Origin: Granulicella sp. | GTDB taxonomy: Bacteria > Acidobacteriota > Terriglobia > Terriglobales > Acidobacteriaceae | Direction: 5' to 3' | Length of the DNA stretch: 64,000 nucleotides | Assembly: GCA_035568455.1 (NCBI GenBank) | Contig: DATMOB010000022.1 | Span: forward strand, 4,733 to 68,732 | Part shown: positions 1 to 8,907 of the stretch, piece after piece | Layout: each line of letters starts with the position of its first letter | Numbering within the stretch: the first letter of the stretch is position 1 | Notes under the pieces: generated by a model | What the model saw: the letters and a program-made list of their open reading frames with translations, nothing else | Databases searched by the model: none | Told to the model about the DNA's origin: nothing | Made by a program: the position numbers and the translations under genes

Positions 1-150
1 ATGACAACCAAGAAAAAGACCTTGCGGAATGACAACCAAAAAGACGCTGCGGAATGACAAGCGAAGGGCGCGGCGGTATGGAATGACAAAAAAGATGGTC
101 TTAAAAGGGAAACCCACGCAGCGCGGTGGGGGCTGATGCGTGGGTATTCC
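1..150. repeat. REP/BIME-like intergenic repeat cluster
   Basis: GGAATGACAA at 26-35, 51-60 and 80-89 plus a partial copy at 1-7; hairpin ACCCACGCA/TGCGTGGGT at 112-145. The core resembles the reverse complement of TTGTCATCCCC at 46991. Confidence 0.6.
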
Positions 151-281
151 GTTTATGCAACGAAGTGGGTGGACTTCGTTATGACCGACTCAACCCGAAG
201 GGAGTCTTGCCACTCCGTTAATTTACGATAGAAGGCGACCAAAGTCAAGATTCCGGCCCCAGGAAACTCGATTTTTGGGGA

Positions 282-2141
282 TCACAGGCGGCAGATGAGC
301 AGCTCCCGCTCGTAGATCATCTCCGGGGGCAGGTGGTCGTGGAGGAGGAGAAAGAGCTCCTCGTGGCCCATGACCTCCTGCCGCCATTGCGCCCGGTCGA
401 CGGTCTGCAGCTCCTCGAAGGTCTCCTTGGGGAAGGGCAGCCCCTTCCAGTTGATGTCCTCGTAGTAGGGGGTCCAGCCGATGGGCGTCTCCTTGCCCAG
501 GGCGCGGCCGCGCACGCGGTCGACGATCCACTTGAGCACCCTCATGTTCTCGGAGTATCCCGGCCAGAGGAACTTGCCGTCGGAGCCCTTGCGAAACCAG
601 TTGACATGGAAGATGCGCGGCGTAGCCGACAGATTGCGCTGCATCTTCAACCAATGCCGGAAGTAGTCGCCCATGTGGTAGCCGCAGAAGGGAAGCATGG
701 CCATGGGGTCGCGGCGGACCTTGCCGAGCACGCCCCCGGCGGCGGCGGTGGTCTCAGAGCCCATGGTGGCGCCGACGTAGGTTCCCGCCGACCAGTTGAA
801 GGCCTGATAGACCAGCGGCATGGTGGTCGACCTGCGGCCGCCAAAGATGAAGGCCGAGATGGGCACCCCGTGCGGGGACTCCCAATCGGGGTCGATGGTG
901 GGACACTGGCTGGCGGGCGCGGTGAAGCGTCCGTTGGGATGGGCAGCGGTGGCTCCGGTGGCCTTGCCGATCTCCGGGGTCCAGCGCTGGCCGCGCCAGT
1001 CCATGCATTCGGCGGGGGGCGTGTCGGTCATCCCCTCCCACCACACGCCACCGTCGGGGGTGAGCGCTACGTTGGTGAAGATGGTGTTGCGCGCGAGCGT
1101 CGCCATGGCGTTGGGGTTGGTCTTGGCGCTGGTGCCGGGAGCGACCCCGAAGAACCCGGCCTCGGGGTTGATGGCGCGCAGGCGCCCGTCGGCGTCGGGC
1201 TTGATCCAGGCGATGTCGTCGCCGACCGTCCACACCTTCCAGCCGTCGAAGCCCTCGGGCGGAATCATCATGGCGAAGTTGGTCTTGCCGCAGGCTGAAG
1301 GAAACGCCGCGGCCACATAGGTCTTCTCGGTCTGGCCGTGGGCGTCGGCGGGCGATTCGACACCGAGGATGAGCATGTGCTCGGCCATCCAGCCCTCGTC
1401 GCGGGCGATGTTGGAGGCGATGCGCAGGGCAAAGCACTTCTTGCCCAGCAGAGCATTACCGCCGTAGCCGGAGCCATAGCTCCAGATCTCGCGGGTCTCG
1501 GGGAAGTGGACGATGTACTTCTCGTCGTTGCAGGGCCAGGCGACGTCCTTCTGTCCCGGGGCCAGGGGAGCTCCCACGCTGTGCAGGCAGGGGACCACGC
1601 GCTTCTCGTCCTTGTCGATCTCGGCGAAGACGGGGGCGCCGATGCGCGCCATGATGCGCATGTTGACCACGGCGTAGGCCGAGTCGGTCAGCTGTACGCC
1701 GATCTGCGACATGGGCGAGCCGACCGGTCCCATGGAGTAGGGCAGAACATACATGGTGCGCCCGCGCATGGAGCCGCGAAACAGCTGTTTCAGCTTGCGC
1801 CGCATGGCGAAGGGATCTTCCCAGTTGTTGGTCGGCCCGGCGCTGTCCTTCGACAGCGAGCAGATGAAGGTACGGTCCTCGACGCGGGCGACGTCGTTGG
1901 GGGCGGAACGGGCGTAGAAACAGCCGGGCCAGAGGTCCTCATTGAGAGGGAAAAAGGTTCCGGCCTCGACCAACTGATCACACAGCCGCTCATACTCCTG
2001 CTCGGAGCCGTCGATCCAATGCACCGCAGCGGGCTGGCAGAGCTCGGCCATCTTCTCCACCCAGCGGATCAGGTGCTTATTGGTGGTGAGAGGGGTGGGC
2101 GAGGAGGCGCCTGCTGCTTGCTCTAAAACAGTCTTGGTCAT
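282..2141 (-). CDS. pckG: Phosphoenolpyruvate carboxykinase (GTP)
   Basis: 619 aa with motifs [58 protein letters not shown] and HPNGRF. Confidence 0.97.
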   Translation of the reverse strand: MTKTVLEQAAGASSPTPLTTNKHLIRWVEKMAELCQPAAVHWIDGSEQEYERLCDQLVEAGTFFPLNEDLWPGCFYARSAPNDVARVEDRTFICSLSKDSAGPTNNWEDPFAMRRKLKQLFRGSMRGRTMYVLPYSMGPVGSPMSQIGVQLTDSAYAVVNMRIMARIGAPVFAEIDKDEKRVVPCLHSVGAPLAPGQKDVAWPCNDEKYIVHFPETREIWSYGSGYGGNALLGKKCFALRIASNIARDEGWMAEHMLILGVESPADAHGQTEKTYVAAAFPSACGKTNFAMMIPPEGFDGWKVWTVGDDIAWIKPDADGRLRAINPEAGFFGVAPGTSAKTNPNAMATLARNTIFTNVALTPDGGVWWEGMTDTPPAECMDWRGQRWTPEIGKATGATAAHPNGRFTAPASQCPTIDPDWESPHGVPISAFIFGGRRSTTMPLVYQAFNWSAGTYVGATMGSETTAAAGGVLGKVRRDPMAMLPFCGYHMGDYFRHWLKMQRNLSATPRIFHVNWFRKGSDGKFLWPGYSENMRVLKWIVDRVRGRALGKETPIGWTPYYEDINWKGLPFPKETFEELQTVDRAQWRQEVMGHEELFLLLHDHLPPEMIYERELLICRL

Positions 2142-2159
2142 CGGATACTTCCTTCCTAG

Positions 2160-2252
2160 CTATCCAGTCTTCCCCGCCTGCCGCCCCCTGTCAAACCGTC
2201 TCGGGAACGGTTTGGTGGCGAGATTGTCCGGAACGGGGTTGCCCTCAGGCAT
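2160..2252 (-). pseudogene. 5' relic of an Fpg/Nei-family DNA glycosylase gene
   Basis: The ATG overlaps the lhr stop (ATGCCTGA) and reads MPEGN, the Fpg/Nei N-terminal catalytic motif. Similarity ends at once and the ORF stops after 30 codons. lhr-nei coupling is a common arrangement. Confidence 0.6.
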
Positions 2253-5200
2253 GCGCCCGCATCTCCTGTCCCGGCAGCGGCAGCAGATTGCGGCGAACAT
2301 TGAAGCCCATTGGCGCGGCGTGGAATCCCGCATCGAGCAGGAAGCGGGCCAGCGGATGCGCGGCGACGGAAATGCCATTCACGGAGGCAATCAGCAGTCC
2401 GGCGCGCTCGCCGGGGTCTTCGCTGGGGCGGTGTACGCGCTGCACCAGGAACTCGGCCAGAGCACGAGAGACATGCCCGCACGCCGGCTCCTCCTCCGGG
2501 AGAAACACCTGCAGGTTGGGATTGCCGCGGCGCAGATACGCGACCAGAGCGCCATCGCATAGGATCACGCGCGCCCCTACGCTGCGGGCTAGCGAGGATG
2601 CTGTGTCCGGGGGCTCCGGCCAGCGCAGCAGAGCTCCGTAGGGATTGGCGGGATCGGTGGCGGCCAACTGCAGCATCTCGGGCTCGCCGGGTTCTGGTGC
2701 CGTGCGCAGCGATCGCAGCAGATCGACCGCAGCGGGCAGGGCGAACTGGGTCGCGCTGAGGTCGGCGGCGAAGTAGCCGCGACGAATCTTGCCGGACTCC
2801 TCGAGCGCCTTCATCACGTCGTAGATTGCGGAGAAGCCTCCGGGCAGATCTTCGGCGTGGGCGGTCTCGCGAAAGACCACGCCGTAGCGATGCAGCAGCT
2901 GATGGGCGATGGCGTGCGCCCAGGCGGTGGCCGATCGCTCCGGCTCGAAGGCCGGCGCATTCAGAGCCCAACGGCCCTGCGCGGTGGGTGGCGTGGTGCG
3001 CCGCGAGCGGAATCCCGCGGGCTGGTTCTGATGCAGCTTGCGCGAGGGCTTCGTGCTGTGCGATCCCGAGAGCGACGGACGCTGGCAGTAGGCACGCAGC
3101 GCGGCGAGGCCGTCGTTGCGCAGATGTCCGCGCCAGACCAGGTTCCAGATTGCAGCGATGGTCTCGCCGGGAAAGCCTCCGCCGACCGCGTCATGGATGT
3201 CGGCAAAGAAGGAGGCTCCGTGGTTCTGCAGATAGGTAACGATGGCGGTCTCTTTTTCCGCGGTGGGCGAGGCTTGGGGCTCGGGGGGGCGGGCAGGCAG
3301 CGGCGGCCAGAGAGCGGTCAGCTTGTCAGCAAGATACAGGCCGATGCGGCCGTCGCGTTCGCCCAGTGGCTCCAGACCGGCCCATACGACCTCGCCGGCG
3401 GCGATCAGGGTGTCGAGGTCTTCGGGCTTGTAGTTGGCGATGCGCGCGGGCAGGATCTCGGTTTCGAGGATGGAGGCGGGCAGCGGAGCGCCCTGCAGGT
3501 TCTCGATGACGTCGAGCAGAGCATCGAGGCCGCGTCGCGGCTGGACCACTCCCTGCCAGCGAGTGAAAAGGCGGGCGAGGGTCCTCTGCTCGACCGGCTC
3601 GACCTCTTTACGAAGACGCGCCAGCGACCTTCTGCGGACCGCGCGCAGCACCTCGGCGTCGCACCACTCGCGATGTACGCCTCCCGGGCGAAAGCCGCCC
3701 TCAACGATACGCCCGGTGCTGACGAGATGGTTGAGCGTCGACTCCACGGTCGCGAGCGGCAGGGCAAAGCGCTGTGCAGGCTCATGCGTGGTGAACGGTC
3801 CATGGGTGCGTGCATAGCGGCGCAGCAGATCGAGCGTCGCGTCGGGGACGGGCGCTAGAAACGGCGGTGGAATGCCGGGCGGCAGCGGCGTGCCCAGAGC
3901 GTCGCGGTACCGGCCTGCATCCTCTACGGCGATCAGGCGACTCTGCCTTGCGACGGTGACCTCAACCACGCGCCGGGCGTGGAGGAGTTTGGTGATGCTG
4001 CTTTCTGCAACTGTTTCGGTTACGCATCGCTGCTGGAGCTCCTCGCGTGTGAGGTCGCCCAGTCGCAGCAGGAGATCGTGCACTCCGTCCGGGTTGCGCG
4101 CGCGGTAGCCCTCAGCCAGGCATTGCAACTGCTCTTCGGTCTCTTCGATGGCGTTGGGGTCGAGCAGTTCGCGCAGGTCGGCGTCGCCCATCAGTTCGCG
4201 GAGCTGGTCCTGGTCGATTGCGAGCGCCTGCGCGCGGCGCTCGGCCAGGGGAGCATCGCCATCGTAGATGTAGTTGGCGACGTAGCTGAACAGCAGCGCG
4301 GAGGCAAAGGGAGAAGGCGTGCGCGAGTCCACCGTGTGCACATGGAGTGAGCGGTTCGTGATCAGGCGCAGCGTCTCCATCAGGGCCGGCATGTCGAAGA
4401 CATCGCGCAGGCACTCGCGATAGGTCTCAAGCAGAATGGGGAAGGAGGCGTACTGCGCGGCCACGGAGAGCAGGTCGGAGGCGCGCTTACGCTGCTGCCA
4501 CAGCGGGGTGCGGCCGGCGGCGCGGCGGCGTGGCAGCAGCAGCGCGCGGGCGGCGTTCTCGCGAAACTTGGCGGCGAAGAGGGCGGTGGCTCCGAGCTGG
4601 CGCTGCACCAGCTCGGCGGCCTCCTCGGGCTCGGGCAGAAGCTGGGCTACGTCGGGGGCGGTGTCGGTCTCGGGGAAGCGCAGCACAAAGCCGTCTTCGC
4701 TCCACATGGTCTCGACCTCGGGGCCGCCGCCTGCGCGGATTTTGGCGGTCGCGGCCATCGCCCAAGGAGCGTGAACGCGGCTGCCGAAGGGCGTCAGCAC
4801 GCAGACGCGCCAGTCGCCGAGCTGGTCGCGAACACGCTCGATCACAAGGTTGCGGTCATCTGGAACCGTGACGGTTGCAATCTGCTGATCGGCCAGGTAG
4901 CGCAAGGCGTTCTCTGCAGCGGTGGGGTCGAGATCGTGGTGATGGGTGAGGGTGGCGGCGGCGGCGCTCGGCGGCATCTCCCGCAGGCTGCGGATCAGGG
5001 CGCCGATGCGCCGGCCAAACTCGATGGGGCGGCCGGCCTGATCGCCATGCCAGAAGGGCATCTTGCCGGGGGCGCCGGGCGCGGGCGAGACGAGGACGCG
5101 GTCGTGGGTGATCTCCTCGATGCGCCAGGTGGAGGCTCCGAGGATAAAGGTGTCGCCGGTGCGCGATTCGAAGACCATCTCCTCGTCGAGCTCGCCCACG

Positions 5201-7062
5201 CGAACCGGTTTGCCCTGCTTGCCGGCGAGGAAGACGCCGTAGAGGCCGCGATCGGGAATGGTGCCGCCGTTGAGGATGGCGATGTGCTTGGCCCCGGAGC
5301 GCGGCGTGATCCAGTTGCGAGTGCGGTCCCAGGTGATGCGAGGCCGCAGCTCCGCGAACTCGTCGGAGGGATAGCGGCCGGCGAGCATGTCGAGCACGCC
5401 GTCGAAGGCGTTCTGGCTCAGGGCCGCAAAGGGAGCCGCACCGCGGACGATGCGGAGGAGCGCGGCGTAGCTGAGGCCGGGACTCTCGGCCTCGGGAGTC
5501 CTGCGGTCGCGGCGTCTTTCTGCAGCGACGAGCTCCAGCGGAGGATGGGCGACGATGGCGACGATCTGCTGCGCCAGCACATCCAGCGGATTGCGCAGGA
5601 AGCGGGTCGATTCGACGTGGCCCTCATGCATGGCTCGCGTGACCGCGGCGCAGGCGATCAGATCGGCGCGGTACTTGGGGAAGAGGATGCCGTTCGAGGG
5701 AGCGCCGACGTGATGGCCCGCGCGGCCGATCCGCTGCATGCCACTGGCGACCGAGGGCGGCGCCTCGATCTGGATGACGAGATCGATGGCGCCCATGTCG
5801 ATGCCGAGTTCGAGCGAGGAGGTGGCGACGAGAGCCTTGATCTCGCCGGCCTTCAGCAGCTCTTCGATCTCCTTGCGCTGCGCGGCGGCGAGCGAGCCGT
5901 GATGGGCGCGGGCGATCGGCTCGCCGGCGAGATCGTTCAGCGCTCCGGCCATACGTTCCGCGATGCGACGGGCGTTCACGAAGATCAGCGTGGAGGTGCG
6001 CTCGCGGACGATCTCGAGCAGGCGCGGATGAATGGATTGCCAGATGGAGGTCCGCTTCGGCGTTTGAGCGGTCGCGCCGTTTTCCTTCTCTTCAGCAACG
6101 TCGGGCTCTCCGAGTCTCGCCATGTCTTCGACCGGGACCTCGACCTTCAGATCGAGGAGCTTGCGCGTTCCCGCGTTCACGATGGTGACGGGTCGATAAC
6201 GAGCGTCACTGCGCGCCGGCTCCGGCTCAATCGGTGGGAGATCCTGAAATGTTGGCGCGGCCTCTGCGGCTTCAGTCCCTGCTGCGTCAACCTCTGCTCC
6301 GCCCAGAAAGCGCGCTACCTCTTCGAGTGGTCGCTGCGTTGCGGACAGGCCGATGCGCTGCAATGGGCGTCCGGTCAGGGCCTCCAGGCGCTCGAGCGAA
6401 AGCGCCAGGTGGGCTCCGCGCTTGCTGGGTACCAGAGCGTGAATCTCGTCGACGATGACGGTCTCGACGGAGCGCAGCGACTCTCCTGCCTCGGATGTGA
6501 GCAGAAGGTAGAGCGACTCGGGGGTGGTGATGAGGATGTCGCCGGGATGGCGGCGGAAACGGGCTCGCTGCTGGGGCGAGGTGTCTCCGGTGCGGATGCT
6601 GATTTCGGGCATGCGGACGTGCACGCCCTCGCGCTCGGCCATCGCGGCGATGCCCTCGAGCGGAGTGCGCAGGTTGCGCTCGACGTCGACGGCGAGCGCC
6701 TTCAGGGGCGAGAGGTAGACGACGCGACAGCCATGCGGGGCCCTGTCGGTTGCGTCGGCCGGCGACTGCAGCGTCAACCTGTCGATGCACCAGAGGAAGG
6801 CGGTCAGGGTCTTGCCGGTGCCGGTGGGCGCGAGGATTAGAGTGGATTCGCCGCGGGCGATCGCCGGCCAGCCTTCGCGCTGCGGCGCGGTCGGGGCGCC
6901 AAAGACGCTGCGGAACCAGGCAGCGGTGATGGGATGGAAGAGCGCGAGTGGGTCGGCTGTGGCCTGCGTGTCACCAAGGTTTCGGGCCTTTGCCCGAGCC
7001 GGCCTGGCCGCAGGTGGGCGCGTCGATTTGGAGGCGCCGGGTTGCAAGGGAGGTCGTGGCAT
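2245..7062 (-). CDS. lhr: Lhr family ATP-dependent DEAD/DEAH-box helicase (long form)
   Basis: APTGTGKT Walker A, TTPESL, VDEIH, GLSAT, HHGSL, ATSSLELGID, QRIGRAGH and C-terminal AATDPANPYG. Start placed at ATG 7062 (the ORF extends to 7203). Confidence 0.95.
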   Translation of the reverse strand: MPRPPLQPGASKSTRPPAARPARAKARNLGDTQATADPLALFHPITAAWFRSVFGAPTAPQREGWPAIARGESTLILAPTGTGKTLTAFLWCIDRLTLQSPADATDRAPHGCRVVYLSPLKALAVDVERNLRTPLEGIAAMAEREGVHVRMPEISIRTGDTSPQQRARFRRHPGDILITTPESLYLLLTSEAGESLRSVETVIVDEIHALVPSKRGAHLALSLERLEALTGRPLQRIGLSATQRPLEEVARFLGGAEVDAAGTEAAEAAPTFQDLPPIEPEPARSDARYRPVTIVNAGTRKLLDLKVEVPVEDMARLGEPDVAEEKENGATAQTPKRTSIWQSIHPRLLEIVRERTSTLIFVNARRIAERMAGALNDLAGEPIARAHHGSLAAAQRKEIEELLKAGEIKALVATSSLELGIDMGAIDLVIQIEAPPSVASGMQRIGRAGHHVGAPSNGILFPKYRADLIACAAVTRAMHEGHVESTRFLRNPLDVLAQQIVAIVAHPPLELVAAERRRDRRTPEAESPGLSYAALLRIVRGAAPFAALSQNAFDGVLDMLAGRYPSDEFAELRPRITWDRTRNWITPRSGAKHIAILNGGTIPDRGLYGVFLAGKQGKPVRVGELDEEMVFESRTGDTFILGASTWRIEEITHDRVLVSPAPGAPGKMPFWHGDQAGRPIEFGRRIGALIRSLREMPPSAAAATLTHHHDLDPTAAENALRYLADQQIATVTVPDDRNLVIERVRDQLGDWRVCVLTPFGSRVHAPWAMAATAKIRAGGGPEVETMWSEDGFVLRFPETDTAPDVAQLLPEPEEAAELVQRQLGATALFAAKFRENAARALLLPRRRAAGRTPLWQQRKRASDLLSVAAQYASFPILLETYRECLRDVFDMPALMETLRLITNRSLHVHTVDSRTPSPFASALLFSYVANYIYDGDAPLAERRAQALAIDQDQLRELMGDADLRELLDPNAIEETEEQLQCLAEGYRARNPDGVHDLLLRLGDLTREELQQRCVTETVAESSITKLLHARRVVEVTVARQSRLIAVEDAGRYRDALGTPLPPGIPPPFLAPVPDATLDLLRRYARTHGPFTTHEPAQRFALPLATVESTLNHLVSTGRIVEGGFRPGGVHREWCDAEVLRAVRRRSLARLRKEVEPVEQRTLARLFTRWQGVVQPRRGLDALLDVIENLQGAPLPASILETEILPARIANYKPEDLDTLIAAGEVVWAGLEPLGERDGRIGLYLADKLTALWPPLPARPPEPQASPTAEKETAIVTYLQNHGASFFADIHDAVGGGFPGETIAAIWNLVWRGHLRNDGLAALRAYCQRPSLSGSHSTKPSRKLHQNQPAGFRSRRTTPPTAQGRWALNAPAFEPERSATAWAHAIAHQLLHRYGVVFRETAHAEDLPGGFSAIYDVMKALEESGKIRRGYFAADLSATQFALPAAVDLLRSLRTAPEPGEPEMLQLAATDPANPYGALLRWPEPPDTASSLARSVGARVILCDGALVAYLRRGNPNLQVFLPEEEPACGHVSRALAEFLVQRVHRPSEDPGERAGLLIASVNGISVAAHPLARFLLDAGFHAAPMGFNVRRNLLPLPGQEMRAHA

Positions 7063-7171
7063 GTCGGTTGGCTCCCTTAGCCTACATCGGTATGAGATGC
7101 AGGCTCGAGTTAGTGGCTGGCTTGACCGGCTAGCTTGACCGGCGAGGACGGCCGCCGCTAGTCTCAGCTTC

Positions 7172-7621
7172 ATGATTGAGCATGGACATCCCAGCGGCCT
7201 CAACCCGCGGGAGATTGAAGACCTGCGGCACCGCGCAGAGCAGGTAGCGCGGAACTCGCACTCTCCTTACAGTAGGTTCCGCGTCGGCGCGTCCATTTTA
7301 CTTTCGGTCGACGGCCACAGCGAACCGGTGATCGTGACCGGATGCAATGTGGAGAATGCGTCGTTCCGGCTGACCACGTGCGCGGAGCAGGCGGCGATCG
7401 CGACCGCAGTGGGACTGCACGGGCCGTCGATCCGAATTCGTGCGGTGGCGGTTGCAAATTTGAACGCGGCGGCCAGTATGCCGTGCGGTGCGTGCCGGCA
7501 GACGATTCTGGAGTTCAGCACGCCCGATACCTGGGTGTTCTATCCCGCAGAGGGTGGAGCGGCTGCGGAGGCTCCGTTAGCGGCGTTGATTCCTGCGGCG
7601 TTTCGTTTCGAGCAGCAGTAG
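7172..7621 (+). CDS. cdd: Cytidine deaminase (homotetrameric type)
   Basis: PYSRFRVGA, GCNVENAS, CAEQAAI and PCGACRQ zinc-binding motifs. Confidence 0.93.
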   Translation: MIEHGHPSGLNPREIEDLRHRAEQVARNSHSPYSRFRVGASILLSVDGHSEPVIVTGCNVENASFRLTTCAEQAAIATAVGLHGPSIRIRAVAVANLNAAASMPCGACRQTILEFSTPDTWVFYPAEGGAAAEAPLAALIPAAFRFEQQ

Positions 7622-7664
7622 CTATGACCAGCTTGCGGCACAATTGTCTGTCGACGATTGGGCC

Positions 7665-8162
7665 TCAGGGCAGGGAGTAGGGGAGGGTGAAGCGGCCGAA
7701 CTGGATGACGGAGAGGGCGTCCGGGGGCGAGATGTGGAAGGACTCGACGTGGCGGACGGCGGGGTTGCGGACGGCGGTGGCCTCGACGACGGACTTGCCG
7801 GTGCTGGCTTCGGAGAGGGTGACGTGGAGCTCGTTTTCGCCGCGCGTCCAGCCGATGAGGTAGTTGCCGGGAGCGAGGACGGTGCTGCCAATCCGGATGG
7901 GGACCTGAGTGAGCAGGAAGTAGGAGTACTTGCCGTTGGCGGAGTAGCCGGCGGTGATGAGCAGGACGCCGGCCACGACGTGGCCCCGGCCGTCGGAGAT
8001 GCCGGAGGCGGTGCGGGACTCGGTCTCGATGCGCTCGTCGACGACGGGGGCGCGGGCAGGGATGACCTGCTTGAGTTCGGCCTCGGTTGCGGGCCGCCAG
8101 TGGGAGTCGCGCTGGGCGAGGGCGGGGGTGGCGAGGAGAAGAAGCAGCAGGAGTCGGATCAT
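7665..8162 (-). CDS. Secreted hypothetical protein
   Basis: Signal peptide MIRLLLLLLLATPALA followed by a beta-rich domain; lies downstream of the response regulator. Start placed at ATG 8162. Confidence 0.7.
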   Translation of the reverse strand: MIRLLLLLLLATPALAQRDSHWRPATEAELKQVIPARAPVVDERIETESRTASGISDGRGHVVAGVLLITAGYSANGKYSYFLLTQVPIRIGSTVLAPGNYLIGWTRGENELHVTLSEASTGKSVVEATAVRNPAVRHVESFHISPPDALSVIQFGRFTLPYSLP

Positions 8163-8238
8163 GGGTTTCTCGTAATTCTTCGTTTGACGGCAGAAACAAG
8201 ACATCGGCGAGAACAGCAGAACAGCAACGACCACAAAG

Positions 8239-8907
8239 CTAGTCGAGGTGGACGATGCCGCGCTGCAGGGCCATGGTGGCGGCTTGGGTGCGGTCGGCGG
8301 CGCCGAGTTTGCTGAGCAGGTTGTTGATGTGGGTTTTGACGGTGGCCTCGGAGATGAAGAGGGCGGCGGCGATCTCCTTGTTGCTTTTGCCGGCGACGAT
8401 GGTCTTGAGCACCTCGGTCTCGCGCTCGGTCAGGGCGTTTCCGGAGAGGCGTTCGGCGAGGCGCTCGGCGACGGCTGCGGGAATGCGGGATTTGCCGCGG
8501 TGTACGGTCTGGATGGCGTCGATCAGTTCGTCGGCGCTCATGCCCTTGAGCAGATAGCCGCGGGCGCCAGCCTGGATGGCGCGGAAGATGTCCTCGTCGC
8601 CGTCAAAGGTGGTGAGGACGATGATGCGGGCGTCGGGAAACTCCCTGCGGATGGCGGTGATGGCCTCGACGCCGCCCTGGACGCGGCCGGGCCCGGGCAT
8701 GCGAAGGTCCATGAGCGTGATGTCGGGACGATGTTGGCGGAAGAGCGCGATGGCCTGGTCGCCGTCGGCGGCCTCGGCGACGACCTCGAAGCCCTCGACC
8801 ATGCGGAGCAGGGCGATGAAGCCCTGGCGGACGACGTGATGGTCCTCGGCGATGAGGATGCGGACGTGTGTGGGGTCGTGGGCGGGGTTGTGGGCGGGGT
8901 CGCTCAT
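8239..8907 (-). CDS. NarL/LuxR-family response regulator
   Basis: Receiver domain (IAEDH, LMDLRMP, LTTFD, YLLK) plus LuxR HTH (LTERETEVL...SNKEIA...TVKTH); ATGA overlap with the kinase stop. Confidence 0.95.
   Translation of the reverse strand: MSDPAHNPAHDPTHVRILIAEDHHVVRQGFIALLRMVEGFEVVAEAADGDQAIALFRQHRPDITLMDLRMPGPGRVQGGVEAITAIRREFPDARIIVLTTFDGDEDIFRAIQAGARGYLLKGMSADELIDAIQTVHRGKSRIPAAVAERLAERLSGNALTERETEVLKTIVAGKSNKEIAAALFISEATVKTHINNLLSKLGAADRTQAATMALQRGIVHLD

Noticed and set aside
7063-7203. N-terminal extension of lhr in the ORF track
   Set aside because: Overlaps the divergent cdd start and has no helicase-like content; ATG 7062 preferred.
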